Assembly (NCBI GenBank): GCA_040954595.2
Contig: CM082584.2
Span: 5,026,110-5,090,109, forward strand
Reading direction: 5' to 3'
Length of the DNA: 64,000 nucleotides
Source: Balanoglossus misakiensis
Taxonomy: Eukaryota > Animalia > Hemichordata
This document shows, one piece after another, positions 34,301 through 48,383 of the stretch (its first letter is position 1; every line of letters begins with the position of its first letter). The notes beneath the pieces were generated by a model that ran no database searches, was not told where the DNA came from, and worked only from the letters and a program-made list of their open reading frames with translations. The position numbers were made by a program, and so were the translations under genes.

Positions 34301-37300
34301 ACTTGCATATTTCATTGACACTTCTTAATTGATTTGTCTCCCAGGTTGTGGTAAGAATAAATGGGGAATAGATTGTGGTCGTGGGTGTTCAAGTACAAAT
34401 TATGATGCATGTCGCAGCGTCATGTTGTGCATAGCTGATCCCTATGGGTGCTCGTGTGGTGCATCATATGGAGGACTAAACTGTACAACTGGTAAGTGTA
34501 ATTAGGTTCATAAAGAGGAATTGCTGATGAGAGAAATGAAAATTATAGCGTTAATAGTGTAAGTTATAGCCACCACAAAAGGAAATTATAATGATTGCTG
34601 TTTATGTCATGACAGATTGTCCAGATAGCAAGTATGGTTCTGGATGTACACAGACATGTCACTGTACCAATGGGTGTGACATAGCTACTGGTGCATGTAA
34701 CAGTGGGGGCTGTCAGTCAGGATGGAGTGGAACAAATTGTCAGGGTAAGTGATATTTTCTGTTGAATGGTTGGAGGTTCATTTCCTTGGTATCTTTAGTT
34801 GGAACTTGTCCTTAAAAACACACATTTTATGACAAAGCAGAACAAAGCCCATATGCCCTCACCGGCACTAATTATTGGATGAACCACAGAATACCAATCA
34901 GGAGGACAGCATGAAGTGGTGTGTGAAATTCACATGAAAAGAACACCAGCCATTTTTATTCATCGCAGCTCATGTTCTTTTTCGGTGCAGGACCGTCTTT
35001 TTATGTGGCAATCTTATATACTTTGGTGGGTGCCTTATGTTGTTTTCTGATAGACAATTCTTTTCCGATGCCTTTTCTGATATCTTGATTACCATTATGT
35101 TCACAAACGGGAAGTTTGACAGTTAATTCTGTCCTTCTTTTGTCTTCTATAGTCCCTGATTCATGCCCTGCTGGTTTCTATGGTGAGTTGTGCAATTATG
35201 AATGTCACTGCAAAGACAATGCAGCATGTGATAAGGCAACTGGTGTGTGTTCAAATGGAGAATGCGCTCCAGGATGGTTGAATGTGGATATCGGAGATTG
35301 TCAACAAGGTGAGGGTGTTAATTAGTTTTTGACATTAAAAGTCAATTTAAGTCTTGATTCCAACACTAAAGATAGGTATACAGATATTTCTTTCCCAAAA
35401 CATGTTGAGGCATAATAATTGACAAAGGTGGAAAGTGATATACACAGTTGTACATAACTATTAACATTGTTGGTGATTATATTATATGATTTTAATGAGC
35501 ATGGCTATACGGTATATCAACTTAATTTTACAGACGGGAGTATCAAAGTGTATCATTTGTATAACATGAAAGTCAACCCTGGTGAACTGAGTTCGATTAT
35601 CTGTGGTGTTAGTAGTAACCCAGTCATATCATCTTCTGATGTAACACTGACTGACAAGGATGGATCAGCTGTTACACCCACATCACACTGGATCAGTTAT
35701 AGATACGTGTACTACAGTAATTACAGCAGTGTTTCTTTGGATGCTGGTATGTCTTACACTTGTTCTGCTGGTGGTCAGTCTCAGCAATTGAACAGCTTTG
35801 AGTTCTATGGTAAGTACAAATACCAGTGCAAGAGATAGAACTGTCAGACCCTGTCACAACACTCTCAGACCTCAGCACTTTACAGCTAATCCTCGCAGCA
35901 CTGCATGGATATAGACCTGCATGTAGAAGTTACCACCAGTCCTTTGTAACAGTCATGAGTGACCCTTCTTATCAATGCAGACCTCAGACCAACAGCATAA
36001 TGTATCCTAGGGCCTAGCTGTCACAGCAGCAAATTTCACATATACAATGAAATGTGTAAAAGTCTGACAATTCTTGTTTTAAGATTTGTTGTTTGCTTAA
36101 TGTCAAACTTCAACAGGTTCATATTAAGTCACAAAATTTTAAAGAGTATCAGGGATTAAAGAGATAATGTGATTTAATCATGCTAGATATTTACCAGTAA
36201 TATGTTTGACTGTTATTTCCAGTATTACCACGATTTTCAAATGCTGGCAAGCCAGGAGTTACAGTTCAAGCAACTCAAGCAACTGTTACTTGGCAGAAAT
36301 GGGATTCAGGAAATGATGTTGGTGATGGACCTGCAGAAGCTTACTTAGTTTACTACAAAAAGACATCAGATGGTGATTGGACATCTCATGGTAGGATTAC
36401 AGTATCTGATCCAGAACCAGCAAGTTACAACACAGACATCACTGGTTTAGACTGGTCTACAAGTTATGATTTCACAGTGACTGTCAAGAGACCTGGACCA
36501 ATGGGAGAAGGGAGCAAGGAAATTGTTACCACAGATACTACACTGTGTGATGGTAAGTGATTGGCTTTGCACAGAGAATTGGTCATATGTATAACAGGAC
36601 AATTTGACTTCAATTGGTGTTTTTCTGCAAAAAAAGTTATTGGCGACTTTCATATTTTGGCACATTTACTAATTTTCATGAATTCTGTGTACACTTATAA
36701 TAGCTGTCACATGTCTATGGCCTGAAATGTTTGTTTTGGCTATTAATGTAGGACAGGAAAAAGCCTTGTGCTCTGATGTTTTTAGTTTTTTGCACAAACT
36801 TCACTCAAAATAAAAACGTTCTTTCTTCAGTGCCCTCAGAAGGACCATCAATTAAAAGTATAACTTCCACAGACCCAAATGAGATTGAAATTTCAGTGGA
36901 GGTAAGGACACCAGCAATTCATGATTTGTATACTTCTGTAATATCTTACATGGAATCATTGAAAAGTGGGTAAATACATGCAGCTACATGTACCCCAGTG
37001 TACTATAAATAGTTACTATGATACTGACCAACTGAGGAGAGGGACTTTTTCAAGCGGTTAGTCCATTTAATGTCAGTGGTATTACTGTATAAGCTATGTT
37101 TATGTACATGTACCGGTACATGTTCATAAAGTGGCATATTTCACAGCCCTGCTCTTGTCTGCTGTTCTGTTTCTATAGCTGTTGTACACTGATGCCCCTT
37201 AGCATGTCACAAAACCAGCATTTGATTGTGTATTAGCAAAAGGCTACTATTTTAGCCAATTAATTGGTAGGCTAGTAGCATGGTCAGAAAAAAATAGACA

Positions 37301-40300
37301 TTTTATAAGTACTAGTATATCCAGCATTAGGGCTTGGAGACAGTTGACCTACTTGAATACAAATGTACTCAATCGAACTTGGAACAGCAGTGCTTCAGGT
37401 TTATGAAACATAATAGAAACTTTCTTGGGATGTACAGTACATGTAATAATCCTGTTCACAATGCAATTTATGTTGTAAACTTTTGACTTTATGACAGGTA
37501 CCTGACACATCAGAGATCAAATGTAATCCTGATGGATACATTGAGAGTTTCAATTTGAAGTACAAGAAAACAAACACTCATGATGAATATACAGAGTTAG
37601 TGGTGAATGATGGAACTGCACGTACATTAACAATTGATGGATTACTGGCATACACTGAGTATGATGTGATGGTGTCATTTGACAACAGAGATGAAGAAAG
37701 TCCATGGAGTCCAGTGTCAACTGAAAGAACAGCTGAAGATGGTGAGTTGAGGACCCAATTTGTAAATCCTGAGAAACATTTAATCATTTCATATCACTAC
37801 TTCAACTCATGGTCTCTGTATACAAATCCAGCAGGTATATATAAATTTAGCCCGGAGACCAGGGCGTCGATCTAGAATACAACGCCCGGTGACAGTCTAG
37901 GAATGTCCTGCTGAGCTGAAAGATAGTAGCCCTGGCAACGATCAGGGTCGCTTAGTAACGAATGGATAACGAGTGATCTATCAAATGTTGACGGGCGCCA
38001 ATGGTTGGATGATATAATTAACAAAGCTTGGTTATGAATATTCATACACCTTCAAAACCACTCCCACATCCCGTTTTGAAAACATACTTGGTGACTCCAC
38101 CTCTATTTCCTTATTTAGAATGCGATGATGTCATTTGGTTTACATTGAGTGACCAATTAGCTTACACACAAGATTTACCACCCGTGTCGTTCTGCGCACA
38201 GAATTCTGTGCGTAAATAGAGACTGTCACCGGGCGTTTCTTTTCGACGCCCTGGTCTCCGGGCTAATATAAATTACACAAAATATTAGTAAAAGATATTT
38301 GAGCAGTGCAGTGAAGATCTGTGACAGGAGCTGAACACAAAAACTGCCTTTTACACTAAGCTATCAACGAAATTAGCACATTTTTCTGAAAATAATTACA
38401 CCTGAAATCTTAGGAATTTCCAGGCCCTGCGTATAGACTCAGAACTTAATCCATTCGCTGAAATGAGATCTTTTATGGCATTGATTCAGATGTAGTATGG
38501 CGCCATGGCGCGTACACCAAGAACAGCTAAGACGGAGACAGAGAACAGAAAATACGAAGACAGCATGCAGCGTCTAACTCTACATCTGATTTTAATCAGA
38601 ATGAGCTGGCTCCTACATTTTATGATACTACAGTCAACTACTTTTTTTTATCCATGTTGACTCTATTAGTTCCACGGGAACCCACCAGTCTAGAAGTTGG
38701 AGATATCACAGACACTGAGATTGAATTGCTTTGGACAGATCCCTTTCCATTTAGTGGAGACATTCAACAATATGGGGTAAGATACAATGTATTTTAATAG
38801 GTTTGTTTTCTAACATTTTATGACTGATTACACGAGATTTTTTATTCAATTTTTTCATGTCAGAAGCCATGAAACTGGCTTTGTAATATCAACTAATAAT
38901 TCAGATGTTACTCTATCTGAATTTGTAATTGAGACAATAAATTATTAGTCAGGGTTCTCCAAACAAATGTTTTTTTTAGTGAATATAAAAGTGCCTGTAC
39001 AAATGACTACTAAACCTAAAAAATTGAAATTTCTTTTTTCAGATATCATACACATCCACTGATTCAGTGTTCAAAGACACACAGATGGAGACTCGATCGT
39101 TGCTTGTTGAAGGCACAAAAAATACTCACACACTTACATATTTGAATCCTGGAACCACATATGAAATCAGTGTGAATGCCAGCACTTCCAAGGGTTTTGG
39201 AGAACCGACAACTTTGTCAAGTGGTACTTCATTTACAGGTAAGGAGATTAATTTGTACAGTTTATAATCCATTTTTACCAATGGTAGTGTAATGTTGCGT
39301 GGCATTGACTTGCAAGTAGGAAATTGGAGCTTTTGTCAAAGTAGGGAGGATCTGACATTTACTTTATAGTTCACTTTGATTTCATGTGGCATATAGACAA
39401 GAATCCACCATCCAAGAAATCCAGAACATTTGCACAGCAAATTGAATTGTTCAATATTGAGTAAGTGAATTTGGCCGAATTGTTACCCATCATCAACCAT
39501 TCTAGCAAACATACGGTATACAGGTATTTCTAACACCCTTGGTCGTAATTTTTCTCTGAGCTGTTCTCTGGCCATGATGCCTTTCAGTTATACCGTAGAT
39601 TATACTCCACATATCAATCTATCAATAATTTACTTTCAGTTGATATTTCCACAACACTGCCAATGACAGACATATCAACTGATGTTGTACACTCTGAGAC
39701 GGAAGCACAAGTTACTCTACCAGGCCTTTCAGAGGACTCAGGCATTTCTGAAGACACCACACTCATGTAATAATGTTTATTTCTTATATAATACTACTTT
39801 GTCTTGTACTCATTATTCTAATTACAAATAACCTTTTACAAAACCTCTTTCCATGTTTCCTTACCCCATTTCATATTGTTCATTTTACGAGTATTAAATT
39901 TGACTCTTTGTTTCAAACTGTGAATTTTTCTAATAACTAGACACTATAGGGATTGAACTTTGATTGCGAACGGTGTAGTTAATTTTGTGTGTCTATAACT
40001 AACCAGAGAGAAATAGATGTATAAAAAATATAATTCAATTTCAATTTTCAGTAACTACATTATAGTTCTGGAATATGATCAAAGTGTTGATACAAGACGG
40101 CGACGAGAAATAGACACTTCAAAACTCGGAGAGTACGATCCTTCTGGTCCACCTTACTACATCACAGCATTACTTCCTGTCAATAATTTACCTGAGACAT
40201 TTATAATTGGTGATGACGGTGTGTATGGTGGTTATTCCAACGTTCCACTCACTACAGGGAGACAATATGGTGTCTACTATGGACTTAGGAGTGAAGTTGA

Positions 40301-43300
40301 TGGAGTAAGATAATAGTATTTTGAGCATTAAAAGATAAATAAAATAAAAAGTGTCAAATAAAATGTTCCAAGCGGAGAAGAAGCAAGCTTAAGTCAGTCT
40401 GTGGATCTAATTTTTAAACTCACCTGACAACAGATCTGTTGTATACATTATTATCTCATCCCTTAAAACAGTGGCCGTGCAGGTTAATTGATCAGACACT
40501 GCTAGCTTCTGATGTTCAGAGACACATCCAGGTTTCAAAGTTGAATATCTTGTTTTTGCAGGAGTCTGTCTATCACCTTGATGAAGACCCAGCACTGTCC
40601 TTCAGGGGTATGTACCGGTTATCACTGTGATTTCTAACTTTACATTCTGACAGTTGCTCATATGCACCAGTTTATGCACTATGTCTTGTGTGCATCTGCA
40701 GTAGATATGGATTAAATGACAGGGCTATGTTTTCAATATTCCAGTTCATGTCAATCATTCATTGCCCAGAATGACTTTTTAGATCACTCTGTGAACTCAA
40801 AGAATGTCTCAGGTCTAAGAGTTTAATATTTATTTGCTGATTATACATTAAGGATATTACACCTGAAACAATTCATAACTTTGAATGCCAAGGAAATTTA
40901 CAACATAAAGATACCGGTATGAGAAAATATTGGGAGAAAAGGGTCATGAGATAATATGTCTAGGTATACTTACCTCGGACCCATTGGGTATGCCTGGGAC
41001 AATACAGCATGGCAGTCAATTAAAATTAGAAGTATTTCTTTTCATCCCACGTATTTATAAGGTGGTGGCCCCAAGCCAACAGGATCATCAATAGGAGCCA
41101 TAGTTGGTGGTGTAGTGGCTGTTGTAGTAATTGCTTCATTGATCATCATTGTTGTCTTTCTGTTCAGAAGGTAAGCAACACTTTTATCACAATCACCTGT
41201 TATAAATGAATGCAGCCACTGTAACTACATCATGTCCAAGTATACCAGTTGCTGATATTGTTGGTAGACTATATAGACTATACCAGTATTCTAAAAGACA
41301 GTTTTGTAATCGACGTTTACGTTTTACACTATAGGCGAAACTCATGTGAATCAAACAGAAATGGTGAACGAGAGGAAATCAAACTTGCCGAAGAAAAAAG
41401 AAAACAAGGTAAAATGAAACCTTGCTCAGTAAGCTATTGTTTTTTTTAAACCACTTCTCATGGAATATTTGTCTACAATTTTAAGACAGACTGTTACCAA
41501 AGTCAAAAATATCCAATCGCAACGAAGGCCTTGCAGTTGTAAAAAAAATTTTGTTTACGAACCCACTTTATTACGTTATGGCTGGTATAGAAACTTCCGA
41601 GATGCATGATATTGAAATTGATTTCAATAAAGCTTTCTTCCATTTACTTTTTCAACTACAAACGATTTAATTTTGTATTGCTTTGTACAACATGTACCTT
41701 ATATGTTTTTTAAAATTTTTAAATTAACATTGATAATACACTATAACCCATTTTTAAATAACAACAATTCTCTTCACTGCAGTTGAGGACCCTCAGTATG
41801 CTTATATAGATGTACCATCTGAAGGATCGAAGGGAAAGTCACATATAAAACCAGCTACAACATTTAAAAAGGATCCTGAAGAAAGTGCATATGCTGAATT
41901 ATCAATAGAAATGGTTTGTATATATATGGTTACACATGTTGGGAAAAAGTTGAACATTGCCGGAGGTGGTGTGGCAATTAAAAGAAGACCAGCCATTCTT
42001 TCATTGTGTCCACATAGCTGTTAACTGGTCAAACTGATCCCTATGTTCTTTTTACCCACACAGTTACATCAACTTGAGTTCTCTTTTGCTTTCAGGAAAC
42101 AGAATCGGAGTATACCTCCCTGAATCCTTTAACAAGATTAACCTCCACGACCATTTCAGTCTCAGATGTTAAAAAGGCATTCACTGATTTACTGAAAAAA
42201 GATCAACAAACTATGAAAACACGTCTGTATTCAGAATGGCAGGTTAGTGTTGATTTTTAAGTCCTAGGTAAAATAACAGCCAAAATATCTGATTTTTATA
42301 TTCAAATCCAGTAGTATCTTCTTTGAGTAAATTTTATTCAAGACTTAACAGAGCTACCTCTGTACGATCACACTGCAACAGTAACAAGAGTTAATTTCGA
42401 GGAAGTAATATGAAATTCATTGAAGCTTAAGTGGCATATATTTTAATTGGGATCATTTCACTCACACCAATCATTTTTTTCTCTCCACTCAAATGTACAG
42501 AATTTAAACGGAAACAGTTACAAACCCAAACCAGAAGAATCTAAGAAAGGTCGTCTACCTAAAAACCGAAAGAAAAACCGGTTTGCCAATATTTTGCCCA
42601 GTAAGTGTATTAACATAGTTATGGGTCCGAAGGTTCCAGACAAAAGAGGAATGAAGAAATATATAGTATGCTTGACTTAACTAGTATATATAGGGTACTC
42701 TAATCACACAGATTCTTGGTCATGTTTCAGTTGACAAGTACTGTCCCATGTTGACTACAGTCATACAGGATCCTAAATCAACAGATTACATTAACGCAAG
42801 CTTCTTGGATGTAAGTATTCTTTGTATATCAAAGCTTAAAATTCAGGTATGCTAGTGCTAAACTATGATACTTAAGTCTCTTCAAACATTTGGATCATTA
42901 TTATACATGATTTAATCTGTTACTCAATTAATAGACATACAATGTGAAGAATGCTTTCCTGGTAACCCAGATGCCCTTACCAAGTACTATAGTAGATTTC
43001 TGGAGAATGGTCTATGATCACAAATCGCGTATCATTGTTATGCTGAACGACGTGGATAGTGAAATGAAAGTGAGTCTCGCATTTGAAGTTCATTATCCAT
43101 TTTTTTTTTTTACCAAAAACTGGTTGTCACGGTTGAAATATACGGTCCAATCAACTTCACTTACTTTTCTATCCTATGTCTGATATAATGTGAATGACTT
43201 GGACACAGTATTATTAAATTAAAAATTTCATATTTGGAGGTATAGTAACTCATTTTTATGTGTTGGGAGATTGCAAAGGAACCGAGATGACATCAATGCA

Positions 43301-45394
43301 ATCCTGGTAACATCATAAATTTATAAATGGTAGTAAGTGTGCATTTAACCCTTTCACCGCCATGGTTCAGTCCAAACCCATTGTTTTCTATGGTATGGTG
43401 GATCTCTAAAGAGGGAACTGGGGGTGAAAGGGTTAAATATAACCTTGTGTCTCTTATAGGATGGCTCTCTTTACTGGCCTGATGAATATGAAGACAAACA
43501 TTTTGGACCATTTGATGTGAAACTGGTTGTCACGGTTGAAATATACGGTCCAATCAACTTCACTTACTTTTCTATCCTATGTCTGATATAATGTGAATGA
43601 CTTGGACACAGTATTATTAAATTAAAAATTTCATATTTGGAGGTATAGTAACTCATTTTTATGTGTTGGGAGATTGCAAAGGAACCGAGATGACATCAAT
43701 GCAATCCTGGTAACATCATAAATTTATAAATGGTAGTAAGTGTGCATTTAACCCTTTCACCGCCATGGTTCAGTCCAAACCCATTGTTTTCTATGGTATG
43801 GTGGATCTCTAAAGAGGGAACTGGGGGTGAAAGGGTTAAATATAACCTTGTGTCTCTTATAGGATGGCTCTCTTTACTGGCCTGATGAATATGAAGACAA
43901 ACATTTTGGACCATTTGATGTGAAACTCGAAAGCACAAATGTTGGCAATATTGTCGAACGAATCCTTACACTCGCCAAGGTAGGAATTAAAATAATATTG
44001 TACCTTTTTGTGACAATGAACAAATACAAAATGGTTTTTGAGATTGGTATATCTATCAATCAATCAATCAACCAATCTATCAGTGGTTGATTTTTGAAAG
44101 TTGGTCTGGTTTATACATACAGCATTTAGAAAAGTGTCTGTCATTTTACAGTATTAATTATTATGCGTATGGTATAAATATTTCACAGTAACCTACTATA
44201 TACATGAAAACCTAGAGAATAATAAAAAAATGTAAAGATGGTAATGTGATCCCATCATTTCCAATTTTAGGGAGAGGATTCAGTCTCAATACACCAGTTT
44301 CAAATTCGCAGTTGGAAACACAACCATGACACTGGGAAACTGACCAAGATCATCGTAGAGTTGATGAACATGGTTAAGCAAATACAACAGGAAGCTGAAA
44401 ATGGCCCCATTACTGTGCATTGCATGTAAGTTATTGTTTCCGCCGGCAACCAGAAATTCCATGTGTGAATCAGAACTGCCATTGCTTATAGCAGAACATA
44501 AATTTTCCATTTTCTGGGGGTAGCTTTCACGTTGCTTTTATTTTTTACAAGAATAGTATTACATATTACGAACCTTATATTAAAGGCATGTTGATTGTAC
44601 TGGCTTCCTTGGTGGCTTTGTCAAATAAACGAAACATATAAGCAGCAAATGGAACTATTTTTGATAAATACATGCTGGATAACTGGAAATTTATTGGTAA
44701 AATTCAGCATACATTGCTGACCATGAAAGATCCAGGAATAATCACAGCTCTATTGTGCGTGATATTTAACAGGTGTTAATTTTGAGGTTTTTGTTTTTCT
44801 TGTCAGCAATGGTATTGGTCGAAGTGGCGTGTTCTGTGCTGCCATCTCTGCATGTGAACGAATCAAAATCGATCAAATGGTGGATGTTTTCCAGGCTGTC
44901 AGGACACTCAGAAATTTCAGGCCAAACATGGTTGAAACATTGGTGAGTAAAATAAATAGTGAAATGGCTGGTACGAATAGACAGTATATTTACTGCAGTT
45001 GCATGTCCTTCTCTGTCTACTAAGTATGTACCAAGGGAATACTCTGGTAGGTATACCGGTATACTTTCTTGAGGTTAAACATTGTCCTGTTTTCCTTCAT
45101 TCAAGAACTTTCACTGGCCAGGTTATAGTTTAAATGAAAAATTTCTGAATAGATACCCAGGGCTTAAAATGAACAATGTTTAAAACCAACATCTTTACAA
45201 TAATCCACAACTAACCCCTCACTGTCCATTGTCTATATATACTCCTGTCAAACACAAGTCCAATCCAACACGTCAATTTGTATAAACCCAAACATTTCTT
45301 TATATTTCCCTAGGAACAATATCAACTCTGCTATGAAGTGGTTGTGACGTACTGCGATGAAAATACTCAAACATATGTCAATATCACTTCTTAG
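31390..45394 (+). CDS. Receptor A: signal peptide, Tie-like ectodomain (Ig-Ig-EGFx4-Ig-FN3x3 plus stalk with RRRR furin-type site), TM, Tyr motifs, single D2-type PTP domain; ~1364 aa, 27 exons
   Basis: Exons: 31390-31441, 31993-32301, 32568-32819, 33700-33834, 34345-34491, 34616-34744, 35153-35308, 35534-35809, 36223-36552, 36831-36901, 37498-37741, 38670-38776, 39043-39238, 39640-39766, 40052-40304, 40562-40607, 41062-41170 ([27 protein letters not shown]), 41335-41408, 41783-41913, 42096-42242, 42501-42600 (KNRF), 42731-42810 (DYINAS), 42935-43069 (TQMPL..T..DFWRMV), 43863-43979 (YWP), 44271-44425 (VHC), 44807-44942 (NGIGRSG), 45314-45394 (EQY, TAG). Phases close (4095 nt). [27 protein letters not shown] and C..DPYGCSC match Tie EGF repeats. 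Confidence 0.92.
37848..38265. mobile_element. TAGCCCGGAGACC-family element, near-identical to 11886-12287
   Basis: Same TIRs and interior; TSD ATATAAATT. Confidence 0.88.
43117..43927. repeat. Apparently exact 403-bp tandem duplication including a partial PTP exon
   Basis: 43117-43519 matches 43520-43922; AAACT microhomology at 43117, 43520 and 43923. Confidence 0.95.
43345..43436. mobile_element. piggyBac-type mini-MITE
   Basis: TTAA|CCCTTTCACC ... GGTGAAAGGG|TTAA; duplicated at 43748-43839, with only the right half at ~59683-59719. Confidence 0.8.
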
Positions 45395-46256
45395 CTTTCT
45401 GGCGATTATGGGATACTTTGGCTGAGCAAATGTTACGAAGGTTTCAAACTCCAAAGGAGATTTAGGGCAAAGGTTACATCAAACTAGTGGTCTATATTGC
45501 GTTTGCACCCATTTTATGATATTTCCTGAAATTACTCATTTACAGTTATAAACGAGAGAATCAACACCACTGGTGGTTGGAGAAGTCTTTTCAAATTCTC
45601 TGCAAAAATACCAGAATTGCACTGTAGTTACATACACGTATCCATCAAACTATTAATCACGAGAAATTGTAAACAGAAAAGTGAGGGGTACTGCAATTTT
45701 ATTAAAGTTCAACTTTGTGGTTGTAAACTTTTAATGTTTTTTTCTGGTAGACAGTGATTCTTTGACCTATTTTGGTATAATCCCAAAGTAAAAATCCTGA
45801 GATAGTCACGTGGATACAATTTTTTCTTCACATGTAATAATACTTTTAAGGTACAAATTTATATGGCAATTTTTGTTTCATTTTATATGTTTATAGAGAA
45901 ATATAACAAGAATTTTTTAACTAAGGGGTATTACAATGTCATTAAAATTTGCAGTCACGAATGAACTTGTGAATGACCTTTCTCATAGACGGTGACACCT
46001 GTATCAAGTTACAAATTTATCCAGCAACTTTGATTTGATTTAGGTTTTTATAGAATGTAGATGCAAATTAAACTTTCAAATTTTAAGAAAATTACATCTA
46101 TGTTTGAATGTTGATAATGTCGGATGTACAAGTAATTTCAATGGATGTGTACTTCTATACCTGGTTTTAAATTTAAAGCTTGTTCTGTTCTAGTGATCAG
46201 ATTATGTTTTCCTATATTTACATTTTTTGTTGCCTACAACGGCATGTTAATATTTC

Positions 46257-46262
46257 AATAAA
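46257..46262 (+). promoter_or_regulatory. Candidate polyadenylation signal of receptor A
   Basis: AATAAA ~860 nt after the stop, at the end of the 3' region conserved between the two paralogs. Confidence 0.35.
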
Positions 46263-46369
46263 TTTTTTAAATGTAACTTAATTATCTGTGACAGTTTATT
46301 TGATGAGGAATTCTACTGTTCAGAGAAAATGCAGTCATGGCCATAGACATTACCATCAGACTCAGCTAA

Positions 46370-47262
46370 GGGACCGTTCAGTTTTTACGGCAGGGGGGGG
46401 GCGGCAAGTTTGTGTCATCAGTTTTCAAAATCAGGCCGACCCCCCCCCCCTTCGTCCAGGACCAAAAAATGATGACCCCCCCTTTGACAGACCCAAAAAT
46501 ATGATGACCCGCCCCCCCCCCCCCCCCCCCCCCCCCGTCCTGATCCTATGTAGACTGTATGCAATAAAGGGAATTATAAATTTTTTAAAGTAATTGAAGT
46601 ATATAATAGTATATCGTTGCAGTAAAGAAATGTATGAACAAATTAAAATGACAAGTCAATACAATAGTTGCCAGAATTGGTAAAACAAGAAAAGTGGCGA
46701 GGGTGGGCGTGGGAGGGGGTGTCCCCCTCCGACATAAGAAAATTTTGTAAAATATGTAGCGCAAGGTTGCATTTTAATGAACTCAAAAGCAAATTATCTC
46801 AATGTTTGGGAGGACCAATTTTACTTTTGCCACTCCACTCAAAGTTAGAAGATTTGGCGTCATCTTCGTCATGACATTATTTATAAAACTATCAGTTATG
46901 CAAAATGGTTTAAACAATTATTCTCCTTTATGTATTCACTTTGTTAAATATTATCATCGGTGGGGCTGGGGTGGCAAGCACTCTGCCCTGGTACACTAGA
47001 CAAAACAGCAAAAAATGCAATGTGGCGGAGAATGAAGGGGGTGGGCGTGGGAGGTGGTGTCCCCCTCCCACATTAGAAAATTTTGTAAAATAAAGGGTGC
47101 GAAACTGCAATTTTGTAGACTCAAAAGCAAAAGTTCGGTGGCAAAAGTATGTGACCCCCCCCCCTAAACGCTTAAAAAAAACCAGATGACCCCCCCCCTT
47201 GTGGACTTCACAATTTAAGTGACCACCCCCCACCCCCCCGGCCGCAAAAACTGAACGGTCCC
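46370..47262. mobile_element. PIF/Harbinger-type MITE, longer inverted copy of the 28139 family
   Basis: Same TIRs; flanks are TAA (left) and TTA (right). Confidence 0.88.
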
Positions 47263-48383
47263 TTAGCTTTTGTCTAAAAATGAACTTTTTGGGCAAAAAA
47301 TTGCCAAAGAGGGCCTTTTGTCTTGAGAAGGGGTCAATGAAACTTTTTTTTGACTAGTCATCAAATTTTATATAGAATGGGATTATAATACATCATCAGA
47401 TCACCGAATCTAAAGAAAACATTTAATCATAAGTATTTTCTAAAAATTCAATTTTTTTACCATTAATTTTCACATGCCCCCGTACACAGCCCGAAATATT
47501 TTCAAATCCCCCCTTCCTAACTACTAAAATTTTGAAATCCCCCCATTTTCTTTCACACAGCAAAACACATCACCTATCTATCTTGTAAAAAAGAAAAAGA
47601 GTGCTCACATGAAAAGAATTTGAAACTGATGTTTTCCCTCATCAGTGGGTATTAAAACTGAACATTGTTTATATTTTTGTATTCTGTGTTGGCAGACATT
47701 GTAAACCGAAAATGGGGGGGATTTCAAAATTTTAGCAGTTACATGTAGGAAGGAGGGATTGAAAACCCACCCCTTCACGTAAGAAAATTTTATAAAATAC
47801 AGAGCTCAAAGCTGCATTTTAATGAACCCAAAGTCTCCTGACCTGGGACACTGGGTCAATGATTTGGAGGGGGGGGCGGTAGAATTCAATTTGTTGATGA
47901 ATGACGGGGTTGGGTGTGGGAGGGGGTGTCCCCCTCCCACATTAGAAAAATTTGTATTATGAAGGGTTCAAAACTGCATTTTTGTGGACTCAAAAAAAAT
48001 ATTTAGTCCTCTAAGTTTTCAAGTCCCCCCCCTTTCAGTCCCTAAATTATTTAAAATCCCCCCTTACATACCCTCAATTTTTTCAAATCCCCCCCCCCTC
48101 CAGAGGTGTTTGTGAATGCAGCCTAACGCATGGGGATATGAGAGGGACGGGTGAATGGCGTGTATCGTGTCCGAGGTTCCCCGGCGTGACCTCGCTCAAA
48201 TCCCCGCCGAGTTAAAGGATAAGCACTGCGGTAGCGGAATTTGACCCCCATTAACGTGACCTTATCCCTAAATTACAGCAATGCAAAAAAATGTGACGTA
48301 CGACACACCTACAGATATATCAGATATCGAAGGACTTGCTGTTAAAATGTAACTGCACGAGCTGCGATGTAATTTTTGTCAAA

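Noticed and set aside
35826-36017. Short ORF conserved at 52931-53125 as a nested peptide
   Set aside because: It lies in a near-identical duplicated intron, and the copies differ by frameshifting indels, so there is no sign of coding constraint.
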